Positions 53,891 through 64,000 of a DNA stretch of 64,000 nucleotides are shown piece by piece. The notes under the pieces were generated by a model. It was given only the letters and a program-made list of their open reading frames with translations. It did no database searches and was not told the origin of the DNA. Within the stretch, counting starts at the first letter, position 1; the number at the start of each line of letters is the position of its first letter. This DNA comes from a virus. A program made the translations under genes and the position numbers. The stretch is from the IMG/VR virus record IMGVR_UViG_3300030002_000008, one strand, 5' to 3'.

Positions 53891-55612
53891 ATGAAAAAGA
53901 ATTTAAGAAATCAGGACAGTATTGCGGGTATAAAAGCTCGACAATCTTTTAAGTTGAAAATCTTCGGATTTTCCATTATAGCAATTATTGCTGTAATGTG
54001 TTTTGTGATTCATCCGACCGTAACATCCGTTTTGGCTGTTGCTCCTATCGCGATGATAGTAGGTGGAAACGTTAAGAAAGATTCTGAAATGAATCAGGAA
54101 GAAAAAGATGTAATGGCTACCATTGTTAGTAAAATGAATGAAGCCCTGGAGCAATTTCAAACTAAAAACAACGATCCTGAAATTCTGACCAAAGCGTTAG
54201 AAAGTATTTTAAAGGAGGTTGATGAAGGAAAAATAAATGAAAAGTCCGGGGAGTTTGCAAAGCGACTGAAAGAAATTAGTACCTGGGGTGATTCTATTAA
54301 ACAAATGGCTATAAAATTAGAAACTTTAGAAACCAAGGGGCTGAATATGGAACCCGGAGAATCTCAGATTCAAAAAGCAGTCAAAGAAGTATTAGACAGC
54401 GAAAAGTTCAAAGAATTTGCTTCCGGAAGAACACGTAAAACATCTGGTAAAATAAAGATTACTACCAAGGCACTGTCTTTAGGCAGTAATTATACCGGTG
54501 GTACTACCAATATCAGTATGCAAACTGATCGTGTATCAGAAAATCCACAACCTCGTAAGATTGGTGTTCGTGATATTCTGATGACCGAAACGAGTGAAGA
54601 ACCTTTTTTGACCTATCAACAGATTACCGATTTAGATCGAAATGCGGCTGCCGTATCTGAAAATGGTGTATTACCTGAAAGTGCATTCAAGGTAACTGAA
54701 ATCACTGACGGAACACATAGAATTGGTACTATAATGTTTATCAGTAAACGAATGTTGAAATCAGTAAAATGGATGCAAAGTTGGTTGTCTAACCGTATCC
54801 CTGCAATGATTCGTTTGGCTGAAGATTTTCAAATTCTAAAAGGGGATGGAACCGGTGATAATATCAAAGGTATCTGGAAACTGGCTAAGAATGCAAAGGA
54901 TGTTCTTGGTACTCTGATCACCGGTGCTGCAACTGCTGTATTGCATGTTACTTCGTACGATGGAGGTACAAAAACCATGATTGAATTCTTGGCTCCTCAG
55001 TCAAAAATCAATAACGGATCTTATATCACATTTGCCGGATTTACCAATGCTGCTTACAATGCGAAATTTGTTGCTAACAAGGTAAATGATCGTCAAATCG
55101 TAATTGATTGCGCTTATACTGCCGAAACCGATGCTCATGCTGCTGCTGCAACATTTGTTGCTGGTGGTGAATTTGCCGGTACTGTTGTTGCTCCAACTAT
55201 TGCCGATGCTATCATGGCAGTTCAGGCTTATTTAACATACGGAGAATACACACCTAACAGTGTTTCTATCAATCCGATTGACGTATTCAAATTGCGTATG
55301 TTGAAAGATACCCAGGACCGTTATTTGGATATCATTAAATTTATAAACGGAGTTTGGTACATAGGTAATTTACCTATCACAGAAACAACTGCCGTTGTGC
55401 CGGATGAATTCTGTATGGGAGACTTCCTTATGGGTGCTTCGCTTGTTGATTTCACCTCTTTGGAGTTGGAATTCGCTGAAGACGTTAGTACCAAACGTGC
55501 CAATCAAGTGGCTGTAATCGCTCAGGAAGAAGTTATTTTCCCTGTTTATAATCCTTACGCATTCTTAGTAGGAAAATTCTCTGAAGTGATTACATTAATC
55601 ACAAAAGCGTAG
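53891..55612 (+). CDS. putative major capsid protein with N-terminal extension (hydrophobic segment plus coiled coil)
   Basis: 573 aa. Bracketed by terminator-like hairpins. Follows the protease. The N-terminal ~150 aa are helical and delta-domain-like, but begin with a hydrophobic stretch. Confidence 0.4.
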   Translation: MKKNLRNQDSIAGIKARQSFKLKIFGFSIIAIIAVMCFVIHPTVTSVLAVAPIAMIVGGNVKKDSEMNQEEKDVMATIVSKMNEALEQFQTKNNDPEILTKALESILKEVDEGKINEKSGEFAKRLKEISTWGDSIKQMAIKLETLETKGLNMEPGESQIQKAVKEVLDSEKFKEFASGRTRKTSGKIKITTKALSLGSNYTGGTTNISMQTDRVSENPQPRKIGVRDILMTETSEEPFLTYQQITDLDRNAAAVSENGVLPESAFKVTEITDGTHRIGTIMFISKRMLKSVKWMQSWLSNRIPAMIRLAEDFQILKGDGTGDNIKGIWKLAKNAKDVLGTLITGAATAVLHVTSYDGGTKTMIEFLAPQSKINNGSYITFAGFTNAAYNAKFVANKVNDRQIVIDCAYTAETDAHAAAATFVAGGEFAGTVVAPTIADAIMAVQAYLTYGEYTPNSVSINPIDVFKLRMLKDTQDRYLDIIKFINGVWYIGNLPITETTAVVPDEFCMGDFLMGASLVDFTSLELEFAEDVSTKRANQVAVIAQEEVIFPVYNPYAFLVGKFSEVITLITKA

Positions 55613-55620
55613 TATAATCT

Positions 55621-55660
55621 AAATAGTAGGTAATCAAATACCGATTACCTACTATTTATA
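55621..55660 (+). terminator. 15-bp perfect inverted repeat after the capsid gene
   Basis: AAATAGTAGGTAATC-aaataccg-GATTACCTACTATTT. Confidence 0.45.
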
Positions 55661-55671
55661 AAACTAAAGCA

Positions 55672-55926
55672 ATGAGAACAATAACCATAACCGGAGAAGA
55701 CCGGCATATTGAGAATGTTGTGAAAGAGAATAGGGGAAGAGTTGATCGAGGATTCATTACTGTTTCTGAAGGTACTGAAGCGAAAGCATTAATACCGGAA
55801 AAGAAAAAAGTAAATAAACCTGCTAAAGCGAAAGCTCCTAAATCTGCAAAGAAAGAAGTTGTAAAACCGGATACAAAGGTAACTCAAACAACAGATACAA
55901 AGAATGTCAATCCTGAAAGTAAATAA
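55672..55926 (+). CDS. Lys-rich small protein (possible head decoration/DNA-binding)
   Basis: 84 aa. KKKVNKPAKAKAPKSAKKEVVKPD. Confidence 0.3.
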   Translation: MRTITITGEDRHIENVVKENRGRVDRGFITVSEGTEAKALIPEKKKVNKPAKAKAPKSAKKEVVKPDTKVTQTTDTKNVNPESK

Positions 55927-56440
55927 TAGTTTTTTCACCGGAGATGATCTGAATATACCAAATGTCAGTTCAACTGGTGTAGGAGCATCCGGAGCACTTG
56001 CTCAGGCCAATGCAGATAAACTAACTCGATTAATTGAGAAACGTGAACCTGAATTCCTGAAAAAAGTACTTGGAAACGACTTATATCTATTATTCAAAAT
56101 GGGAATGACAGTTGTGGATCCTGCAACTCCTGATCCAAAATGGACAACGCTTGCAGGATATCTGGTTGATCCGGTTTTAAAAGTATCTGTTTTTGCAAAT
56201 TATGTTTGGTGGAACTGGTCCAGGAGTAATGCAAGTTCTACAACCGGAAACGGCGAAGCAATATCCTCTAAGGAGAATGCAAAATCTGTTTCGCCCATTG
56301 ATCATCAGGTCGGAGTATGGAATGAAATGGTTTACTCACTTACTGAACTTCGTTCTTTCGTTCAGCTTAATTCAGATATCTATCCGGGATATTTACCCGA
56401 CGAGGATGTTTATACCGATCAAAATACCTTTAATTTCTAA
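55904..56440 (+). CDS. head-tail connector/completion protein (by position)
   Basis: 178 aa. Confidence 0.3.
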   Translation: MSILKVNNSFFTGDDLNIPNVSSTGVGASGALAQANADKLTRLIEKREPEFLKKVLGNDLYLLFKMGMTVVDPATPDPKWTTLAGYLVDPVLKVSVFANYVWWNWSRSNASSTTGNGEAISSKENAKSVSPIDHQVGVWNEMVYSLTELRSFVQLNSDIYPGYLPDEDVYTDQNTFNF

Positions 56441-57144
56441 TGAAAAAGCATTTATACATAGTAGATATGTTCCGTGATGTGGTTCAAAAAGTAAATGAAG
56501 CCCTTGCTGGAGAATTTACGGACTGGAAAAACATTAATTCACTTCCTAAAAAGGATGGGATGTATCGTGTAAGCTATACAGATAAGGGGTATAAGATAAT
56601 TGAGGGTCTTCAAATAAAAGACGGTGATATCATTGAATTTAAAGACGGGTATTGTCACTTGGCGAATGTGGTTAATTACAACTACGGGCATCCTATCGAG
56701 ATCGCCAATACATTAATCGAACTGTCAAAGGCTACAATTACTCAAGATAAGAGATTTCCGTTATTAGCCCTGATTACTGACTTTTCAGAGAAAAAAGATT
56801 CACCCGATTACTATTGTTCTGCTTCACTATATTTCTTGATTGCAAATCTAACTGATCCGAATTTAAAGGCCGATGAACGAACTGAGGTAAATTTTAGACC
56901 GGTTCTTCACCCAATTTATGAGGAATTTATAAGGCAGATACAGCGATCAAAACATTTCATGATCCAGTATGACCAGAACATACCTCATACGCAAACAGAT
57001 CGCTATTATTGGGGTCGTACAGGCACATTCGATAATACGATGTGGGGTAAATCAGGATTGTATGCAGGTGAGGGAAATATCTTAAATGATAAAGTAGATG
57101 TGATTGAGATATCGGGTTTAGAAATCAAAGTAAAAAACATTTAA
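56440..57144 (+). CDS. head-tail joining / tail terminator protein (by position)
   Basis: 234 aa. Confidence 0.3.
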   Translation: MKKHLYIVDMFRDVVQKVNEALAGEFTDWKNINSLPKKDGMYRVSYTDKGYKIIEGLQIKDGDIIEFKDGYCHLANVVNYNYGHPIEIANTLIELSKATITQDKRFPLLALITDFSEKKDSPDYYCSASLYFLIANLTDPNLKADERTEVNFRPVLHPIYEEFIRQIQRSKHFMIQYDQNIPHTQTDRYYWGRTGTFDNTMWGKSGLYAGEGNILNDKVDVIEISGLEIKVKNI

Positions 57145-57157
57145 TAAAATAAGTAAA

Positions 57158-58096
57158 ATGAACAAATACGTAAACTTACCGATCGCAGTGGTCGGAGGTG
57201 GAAACACCGGAAATTCTTCGTATGCAGTTGTACCCCGGCTTATTGTGGGGGCAATTCTGACATCAAAGAATAAAAAATTTACTGAAGCCGATATGCTCGA
57301 CTTCCAAAAAACGCTACAGGATGCTACACTTGCATCAGGAGCTGAACGGATTTATCCGATGTTCCGGTTTAAGGAAATTGCTGATGGTTCGGGTGACGTA
57401 ACGAAGAATACTTCAGGATATGGAGTAAATGAAATCGTTCGTGAAGGAAAATACGACTGGACATTTACATTTAGTCAGTCAACGGGTCTTTATAACCTTC
57501 AACAACTTCGTATGTTGAATGGTGGTCAGTATCGCGCATTCTTTATCGACGACAATGGTGTTATGATAGGAACTACTGATGATGCCGGGAACTTTATGGG
57601 TGCTTCCTTAGAATATTTCTATGCAAAACCTTGGAAAGTAAACGAAGGAACGAAACCGGCTGTTATCTCTGCTGAATTTGCTCATAGTAATATGAAGGAT
57701 TTGAATGATAATATCGCAATCTATACCCCTTCTTTCGAAGTGGAAGATACGATCAAAGGATTATTGAATCTTCAACTTCACAGCATTTTAGTAGCTGCCG
57801 GAAAAGTGACTGTAGGCATTCGTACTGAAGGCGATAAAGTAGACGTGTATCCGCTTTATTCTACTGAACTTGCTGTTGTTACTTTATGGAAAGTAACAAA
57901 TGTTGCTACCGGTCTTGCCGTTGTACCTACCACAGTTGCTATCAATGCCGCTAAAAGTGGTTGGGATGTGACTTTACCTGTAGGGACTTATCAGATTGGT
58001 CTTGCTTCTCCGGAAGCTCTCAGCGTTGCCACAATTGGCGGTGCTCCTGAAAATGGTTACGAAGGTGTTCCTATTACTGTTACAATAACAGCATAA
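57158..58096 (+). CDS. major tail protein with C-terminal Ig-like domain
   Basis: 312 aa. C-terminal ~90 aa beta-rich, Big_2-like (VTVGIRTEGDKVDVYPLYS...VTLPVGTYQIGLASPEA...VPITVTITA). Confidence 0.45.
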   Translation: MNKYVNLPIAVVGGGNTGNSSYAVVPRLIVGAILTSKNKKFTEADMLDFQKTLQDATLASGAERIYPMFRFKEIADGSGDVTKNTSGYGVNEIVREGKYDWTFTFSQSTGLYNLQQLRMLNGGQYRAFFIDDNGVMIGTTDDAGNFMGASLEYFYAKPWKVNEGTKPAVISAEFAHSNMKDLNDNIAIYTPSFEVEDTIKGLLNLQLHSILVAAGKVTVGIRTEGDKVDVYPLYSTELAVVTLWKVTNVATGLAVVPTTVAINAAKSGWDVTLPVGTYQIGLASPEALSVATIGGAPENGYEGVPITVTITA

Positions 58097-58308
58097 TGAA
58101 TCATATCACTCAGAACGGGGCCAGTTTTTCACCTGGCTTCGTTAAGGGTTTCAAGAATTCAGGAGCCTTTATAAAAGCAATGGAAGGTAACATACCAGAT
58201 TGGACCGGAGAAGAGCGTGATAAGCGTTTAAAATCGATTTGGAACGAAGCCAACGGGAAGTCAGAAGATCCGGTTAAAGAAGAGATTCAAGATATACAAA
58301 AAATTTAA
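58096..58308 (+). CDS. hypothetical protein
   Basis: 70 aa. Confidence 0.25.
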   Translation: MNHITQNGASFSPGFVKGFKNSGAFIKAMEGNIPDWTGEERDKRLKSIWNEANGKSEDPVKEEIQDIQKI

Positions 58309-58325
58309 TCTGATAACAAATAAAT

Positions 58326-58361
58326 AAAAGAGTACTTGTGTTTCGCGGGTACTCTTTTTTG
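58326..58361 (+). terminator. intrinsic terminator
   Basis: AAAGAGTAC-(13 nt)-GTACTCTTTTTT. Confidence 0.5.
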
Positions 58362-58366
58362 ATATT

Positions 58367-58831
58367 ATGACAATATCCGAAAAACTTCAACAGGTCCGTT
58401 CAACTAAGGAAAACGTAAAGACTATCATCGCTGATTCAATTATGGATAACGAGCGTGATATCGTTTACGCGATCCAGGCTCAACTATGGGATGGACGGGA
58501 TGGAACCGGAAAGGACTTAACTCCATCGTATTTAGATGATCCATATTTCCTAACCAAGAAAGCCGCTCAACAATATGCAGAATGGAAGGATAGAATCACA
58601 CATAATTCAGCACGTAACTTCTATGCTCCTAATCTTTATATAAATGGGTACTTCTGGTCAACTATGAAGATTGACCGAAATAGTATGAGGATGGTAAGTA
58701 ATGGATTCGGAACACCCATTATTTCAAAGTACGGTGAAAATACATTTACGTTGGATCCGAACGACAAAGATGTGGTTGATAAGATTCGAAACTCGTTAAT
58801 TGGTAATTCAAAAAAATCTCTCAGTCTATGA
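58367..58831 (+). CDS. tail assembly chaperone (G-like)
   Basis: 154 aa. Immediately upstream of the tape measure. ATGA overlap with the next ORF. Confidence 0.35.
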   Translation: MTISEKLQQVRSTKENVKTIIADSIMDNERDIVYAIQAQLWDGRDGTGKDLTPSYLDDPYFLTKKAAQQYAEWKDRITHNSARNFYAPNLYINGYFWSTMKIDRNSMRMVSNGFGTPIISKYGENTFTLDPNDKDVVDKIRNSLIGNSKKSLSL

Positions 58832-59460
58832 AAATTATATCCCTACTACTTAAAAACGTAAATAAGGCCTGTGACAAGGTTTTACTCTCTGATTTTATCG
58901 AATGTACTACTTATAAGAGTTATTTCAAATTAAAGCGGTTAAAATGGCTCTACGTTCCTAAATTCATACTACAGAAAGCTTGGACAATCCTTTTTGAGGA
59001 ATATTGCACGCTTTCCCGAAATTCAGGTTATGAGGCATTTTATGAAGGGATGCAAAAAGTTTATAGACTCGACGCAAAGCTGCTGGCTATTACTTGTGCT
59101 GTAAATTGCCTTTCTCAGAAATATGATAGTAGTTGTGTTGATATCCTACGGTCGTTCGGATACACCTATAGGTTCAACTGGAAAGACAAAAAAGAGTATA
59201 ACCAAAATCTGAATAAGGTAATTAGTAAATGTAAATCGATCGCTATCGAACGCGATCGTGAAAAACTAAAATTCGAAGCACTGGCCAAACAAGGAAAAAA
59301 TCAGGATCCCGGAGTTGATTATTTTCAAACCTCACTAATTACCCTATCTAAATACATGGGATATCGACTCAATCCTAAAGAAATTACAGTCGCTGAATTT
59401 TGCGGGATGACAACCGGTTACGAAAAAGAAATTGAACAACTTTTAAAACAGAAATCATGA
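58828..59460 (+). CDS. tail assembly chaperone (T-like)
   Basis: 210 aa. ATGA-coupled to both neighbours. Confidence 0.3.
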   Translation: MKIISLLLKNVNKACDKVLLSDFIECTTYKSYFKLKRLKWLYVPKFILQKAWTILFEEYCTLSRNSGYEAFYEGMQKVYRLDAKLLAITCAVNCLSQKYDSSCVDILRSFGYTYRFNWKDKKEYNQNLNKVISKCKSIAIERDREKLKFEALAKQGKNQDPGVDYFQTSLITLSKYMGYRLNPKEITVAEFCGMTTGYEKEIEQLLKQKS

Positions 59461-62400
59461 GTGAATTAATTGATAAAGTCATTGACGAACAGGCAATCAC
59501 TAAACAAATAACATTTTTAGACTCTCAACTTATTAAGGCCGGGACCAGTCTCGGAACATGCGCCGATGCTGCTAAAAAGTTCATGGATCAATTCGCAAAC
59601 GCAAAGGGAGTAAGTGATGTCGTATCAATAATGTCCGAATATAATAAAACTTTGCTTCAGGCTCAAAAGGCACAAACAGAAATCAGTGTAGCTGAAAAAA
59701 ACAGAGCAGATAAGTTACTGGTTCTTCAAAAAGTCCAGGAGTCAAATGCAAAAACTGAATTAATAAATGCACAAGCAATAGCTGCCACTCAAAAAGCACA
59801 AGAAGCAACTACCAAGGCAGAACAAACCCGGGCAGATGCCGCTGCTAAAGTTGCTGCAGCAGCTGAAAAAGAAACAAAAGCCGAACAGGAATTAATGTCC
59901 GCCAAGCAGATGATGATCAATATCCTGACAAAAGAGGGTGTTTCGGTCGATAAGATGAATATGACAAAATCACAAGCATCCACAATCAATAAGCTTGTAG
60001 CCACCGCCAATGGAGCAGAGAAGGGTTCACACGAACAGCTTGCCGCTCAATATGACTTGAATTATAAAGCATATAATAAACTTTCCGCAGTTCAAAAAGA
60101 TACAACCGCCGGAAAAGCGATGTTAGCAAGTATTGGCGAACAATCGAAGGCATTAAAAGGAATGGAAGGTCCGATGGGTAACTTTACCCGGGATGTAGGT
60201 AACTATAAGAATAATATACTTAGCGCTCTTGGAGCTAATCAGGGATTTATCGGAAACCTGGCTAATATGGCAATGGGAGCAGAGAAAACAGGAACTTCAT
60301 TTGCTACCGCCGGAGTTGGAGGCATTAAAGCTTTTGGTACTGCAATGTTAGAGTTATTGGCTAATCCAGTAGTTGCTATTTTAGCGGCTATTGCTGCAGC
60401 GATTATGTTAGTAAAGGCTGCCATTGAAAGTAACGGAGAAGCAACAAATAAACTCAACCAAGTATTGGCTCCATTCAAAGAATTACTCACCTTTATCATG
60501 AGCATATTCTCTCAATTGGTTACTGTCATACTTTCCGGAGTGCTTGAGTTGGAAAAGTTTGCTAATGTGATTATGTCCGTTATTCCTGGACTTGACAAAT
60601 TAGCAGAAAAGAATTTACAGGCGATTGAACTTGAGAAACAAAAACAGAAATTGGCAGCTGACATGCGTGCTGACATTCTCCGGGATGCAAAAGAAGAGGT
60701 TGTAATAATGGAAAACCGTAATAAGGCACGTCAAAAGGATAAATATTCAATTGCTGATAGACTTACGTTCTTAAAAACTGCTGACGCTATGGAATTGGCA
60801 CTTTCTCAGGATCATGTTGAGTTGGCTACACGTGCATTTAATCTTAAGAAACAACAAATGGAAGAAGAGGGCAGAACCTATGAAATGTTGACTAAAGATG
60901 AAAAGGATGCTTATGTTAATATGGAAGCTGAAATATACAAAGCAAAATCTGAATACTTTCAGAAAACAACACGATTAAAGAGTATGCAAGCTACTTTGGT
61001 GATGGAAGATCAGCAAGATCAAATAGCAGTAGTAGAAAGCAGTAATAAATTAAAATTAGAACAATTAAAAACAAATGCGAATTTTGATAATTTAAATTCC
61101 AAACAAAAAATTGCATTTAATAAAAAATATTCTGATCAAGATATAAAAGATCAAATGAGTTTAATTAAAGCCAAAGAAAATCTAGCCGGCGCTAATGTAG
61201 AAGATTTACAAGGTCAATACGACATTTTACTTACGCAATTAAAGCAAAATAACCAAAAGATGAGTGCAGAGATATCTTCTTATAATATTCAAATGTTGCA
61301 AAAACAAAATGATTCAAATCTTTTAAAATTTCAATCGGATCACAATTATGATACAATGACTTTTGAAGAAAAAGTAAAGTATGATAATGATTATTTTGCA
61401 TGGGATCAACAGGGAAAACAAAAAGTACTTGATTTACAAAAAAAATACAATAAAATTACAAGTGATGAATACCGAATTGCAAATGAAAATTTAAAATCAG
61501 AAAAAAAGATATTCATTACTCAGCAGGCAAATACTATGATTCAACAATCTGAACTGCTATTGAGTGAACAAAAATCATATCTTGATTCTCAAGTGAAATT
61601 GGACCAGGATTATGGAAATAAAAGTGTAGGATATCAACAGGAAATTACTCGTAAATTGTTCGAAATACAAGCGGATCTTGATACCCGATTGGCTGAAGAA
61701 CAATATAAAAATAATCAGATCGATATTGTCGCATTTCAAACAAAACTGAGTAATATTAAGGCTCAAAGAGCTGCGTTATTGGAGGCACAAAAAACAGGTT
61801 CAGAAAATGATGAACGAACTCGTATTATAGCATTAGAATCTGATACATCTGTAAAACGTCGTAAAATTCAGGATGATCTTTATTTATCAGGTAAAATATC
61901 ATCATTAGAATATCAAACATCAATATTAAAAATAAATAAAGATGGATCAGACAATCAATTAGCAATTGAAATTTGGTTAGATAAAGAAAAACTGGCAACA
62001 TTGCGTGAAGGATCAGAAGAACAAATTAAATTACAACAAAAAATTAATAATGAAGAGGAAAATCTTGAGGAGAAAAAAGCAAATAGAAAAATACATGCAG
62101 AAAAAGAACTTCAAAAGAAAATAATTGAGCTTATTAAAGCCAGCGCTTCGGCTATTCAAACAATAGGTGATGATCAGTATCAAGATAAGCTTGATAAGAT
62201 TGATGCACTTAAAACAGCTAATAGTGATGCAGCAACAAAAGAAAATGATGAAATAACTAAAAAACTTAATTCAGGAATTCTATCTCAAAAAGAAGCCGAT
62301 GCACAAAGTGCTGCTATCGATGCCCAAAAAACAGAAAGAGATAAACAACTAACAGCTCAAGAGAATGAAATTAAAACTAAACAGGCTATTTTTGACAAGG

Positions 62401-62966
62401 AATCATCAGCTTTTAATATTATTCTTTCTACAGGAGAAGCTATAATGGCGTCGGTTGCGGCGTTTCCGCTAACTGCCGGTATGCCATTTGCAGGTATTGA
62501 TGCTGCTATCGGAGCGGTTGAATTAGCCGCCGTACTTGCTAAACCTCTTCCTGCATATGCTTTTGGTACATTAGACCATCCGGGAGGTCCAGCTTTAGTG
62601 GGAGAAGTAAAACCGGAAATGATACAAACTCCTGATAATAAAATAATGAAAGTTGATGTTCCTACAATTATGAGTTTACCGGCGCACACGAAGGTATTCC
62701 CTGACTATGACAAAGCGTTACAGGAAATGGCATTTAATGCTTCGATAAGATCAATGTATGATAGTGTCCCAGATATCGAAATAAGTACGTACAACGATGC
62801 AATGATGCGTAAATATATGGGTTCGTTGGTTGGTCAGACTGAGAAACAAAATAGTAAACTTGATAAATTAAATAATTTAGATAAACACCTTGGAGATATA
62901 GCCAATAATACAAGAAATTTAGAAGGCGTATTAAAAGGTTTGAAAAAAAATCCATGGTTTTCATAA
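59457..62966 (+). CDS. tail tape measure protein
   Basis: 1169 aa. Extended coiled coil plus hydrophobic Gly/Ala-rich segments (GFIGNLANMAMGAEKTGTSFATAGVGGIKAF...). Confidence 0.6.
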   Translation: MSELIDKVIDEQAITKQITFLDSQLIKAGTSLGTCADAAKKFMDQFANAKGVSDVVSIMSEYNKTLLQAQKAQTEISVAEKNRADKLLVLQKVQESNAKTELINAQAIAATQKAQEATTKAEQTRADAAAKVAAAAEKETKAEQELMSAKQMMINILTKEGVSVDKMNMTKSQASTINKLVATANGAEKGSHEQLAAQYDLNYKAYNKLSAVQKDTTAGKAMLASIGEQSKALKGMEGPMGNFTRDVGNYKNNILSALGANQGFIGNLANMAMGAEKTGTSFATAGVGGIKAFGTAMLELLANPVVAILAAIAAAIMLVKAAIESNGEATNKLNQVLAPFKELLTFIMSIFSQLVTVILSGVLELEKFANVIMSVIPGLDKLAEKNLQAIELEKQKQKLAADMRADILRDAKEEVVIMENRNKARQKDKYSIADRLTFLKTADAMELALSQDHVELATRAFNLKKQQMEEEGRTYEMLTKDEKDAYVNMEAEIYKAKSEYFQKTTRLKSMQATLVMEDQQDQIAVVESSNKLKLEQLKTNANFDNLNSKQKIAFNKKYSDQDIKDQMSLIKAKENLAGANVEDLQGQYDILLTQLKQNNQKMSAEISSYNIQMLQKQNDSNLLKFQSDHNYDTMTFEEKVKYDNDYFAWDQQGKQKVLDLQKKYNKITSDEYRIANENLKSEKKIFITQQANTMIQQSELLLSEQKSYLDSQVKLDQDYGNKSVGYQQEITRKLFEIQADLDTRLAEEQYKNNQIDIVAFQTKLSNIKAQRAALLEAQKTGSENDERTRIIALESDTSVKRRKIQDDLYLSGKISSLEYQTSILKINKDGSDNQLAIEIWLDKEKLATLREGSEEQIKLQQKINNEEENLEEKKANRKIHAEKELQKKIIELIKASASAIQTIGDDQYQDKLDKIDALKTANSDAATKENDEITKKLNSGILSQKEADAQSAAIDAQKTERDKQLTAQENEIKTKQAIFDKESSAFNIILSTGEAIMASVAAFPLTAGMPFAGIDAAIGAVELAAVLAKPLPAYAFGTLDHPGGPALVGEVKPEMIQTPDNKIMKVDVPTIMSLPAHTKVFPDYDKALQEMAFNASIRSMYDSVPDIEISTYNDAMMRKYMGSLVGQTEKQNSKLDKLNNLDKHLGDIANNTRNLEGVLKGLKKNPWFS

Positions 62967-63003
62967 TTATTATTAACTTTGCCGAATAAATAAATTTAAA
63001 ACT

Positions 63004-63453
63004 ATGAAAAAAATAATTTTATTATTTCCTATTTTTATTATTATATTATCATCGTGCGGTTTAAGTAATCAACAAAAGGCAGAAAAGGAAGTAAAAAGAT
63101 ATTTACTTACAACATTGAAAAATCCGGATTCATATAAGTCTGTGAGTTATTCTGAAATAAAACCTTATACCCTAGATTTTAAAAATACAAAAATAGGAGA
63201 ATCAATGTATGAAATGTTGAGTTCTGAAATTGAAAGCATATCTTCTTCAGGTGAATCTTTTTCAAATGATCCAACCTATATTAAAGATAAATCCGAATTT
63301 GATAAAAAAGATAAGGAATATAAAAATTCAACAGAATCAAATGGTTGGATTATAATACATAAATATAGTGGAACAAATGGAGAAGGTGCTATTATTACAG
63401 AAGTAACGACATTTTATTTAGACTCTTCATTTTATTGTGTTTACAGTAAATAA
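63004..63453 (+). CDS. lipoprotein
   Basis: 149 aa. Signal plus lipobox, MKKIILLFPIFIIILSSCG. Confidence 0.4.
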   Translation: MKKIILLFPIFIIILSSCGLSNQQKAEKEVKRYLLTTLKNPDSYKSVSYSEIKPYTLDFKNTKIGESMYEMLSSEIESISSSGESFSNDPTYIKDKSEFDKKDKEYKNSTESNGWIIIHKYSGTNGEGAIITEVTTFYLDSSFYCVYSK

Positions 63454-63486
63454 ATACGATCCATTATTCCCTTTTCAAATAGCCTC

Positions 63487-63524
63487 TACAGAAATGTAGA
63501 GGCTATTTATATTTTAAGGGTATG
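63487..63524 (+). terminator. intrinsic terminator
   Basis: AAATAGCCTCTACA-gaaa-TGTAGAGGCTATTT. Confidence 0.5.
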
Positions 63525-64000
63525 GAAAACCATATTACACCACCTAAGATTCAATACATTTTACAGTATACGGATTCAAATAACGTACTGCAGAATATCG
63601 ATGTTACCCCTGATTTCAGCACCTGGGATGCGTTTGAAACTGATATAGTTCGGGATGACCTATCCGGGGCTTTTATTCAGATTCAGGACGGGGGTATAAC
63701 ATTCACCGGTGAATCATTTGAACTTGTACGCTCTATCTATGAAACACAGGGATTCAGAGCGATTGCTAGACTCATTGTAAACCTCCGTAAAGATACATTT
63801 CCCGATTTATGGACGTACGTTCAAAAGGTATCCTTGGATCTCAATTTTGCAAAGTACGTTCGAGATAATACAACAGTGAGTTTGACCGCGAACGAGAATG
63901 GTTTAAAGGCGATGGTTAAAGCAAACGCCTCTCAGAAATATGATATACCGGTTACTGATCTAAATCCTGATACATTGGATTATGATGGGCTAGATATTAA
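63514..64000 (+). CDS. distal tail protein (partial; continues past window end)
   Basis: ORF open to the window end. Lies after the tape measure/lipoprotein. Call is by position. Confidence 0.3.

Noticed and set aside
1-64000. Diversity-generating retroelement, retron or other reverse-transcriptase systems; CRISPR arrays
   Set aside because: No ORF carries a YxDD-type reverse-transcriptase motif. No template/variable repeat pair was seen near the fiber genes. No regularly spaced direct repeats of CRISPR type were seen in any intergenic region.

Overview
The window is dense, gene-packed temperate-phage DNA from a Bacteroidetes-type host. Host assignment rests on Bacteroides-style TTTG-N19-21-TAnnTTTG promoter motifs, a GH108 endolysin and a Bacteroidetes-like tyrosine integrase. 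Two different tailed-phage genomes abut at about 39.4-39.7 kb.

Phage 1 (1 to ~39.4 kb) has terS-terL on the minus strand and running off the window start. A plus-strand late operon follows: protease/scaffold, capsid, contractile sheath and tube, chaperone, tape measure, baseplate, fibers, and two separate lysozyme-containing lysis-like cassettes. It ends at a bidirectional terminator at ~20.25 kb. A 16.7 kb minus-strand early/accessory block (20.3-37.0 kb) carries VRR-NUC, SPFH, ASCH and PD-(D/E)xK-like genes. It also carries a radical-SAM gene co-transcribed with two paralogous Cys-rich miniproteins, two paralogous SNF2 helicases flanking an atypical 124-nt tRNA-like gene, a RecT-like gene and a LuxR-HTH gene. 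A Cro-like/CI (HTH plus S24 peptidase) switch with divergent promoters and a tyrosine integrase preceded by GTACAT repeats close this genome.

Phage 2 (~39.7 kb to the window end) is entirely plus-strand and siphovirus-like. It reads: small early genes, HNH, sliding clamp, PcfJ-like, replication initiator, DnaB, sigma-like protein, terS, terL, tRNA-Thr(UGU), portal, prohead protease, capsid, major tail protein with an Ig-like C-terminus, chaperones, a 1169-aa tape measure, and a lipoprotein.

The candidates for something new are: the SNF2 x2 / tRNA-like / radical-SAM plus Cys-rich miniprotein block; the duplicated lysozyme plus lipoprotein-with-C-terminal-TM modules; an acidic-protein/HTH operon sharing an upstream motif; and an exact 25-bp inverted repeat pair 7.8 kb apart.

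All calls come from reading the translations and sequence by eye. No database searches were run.
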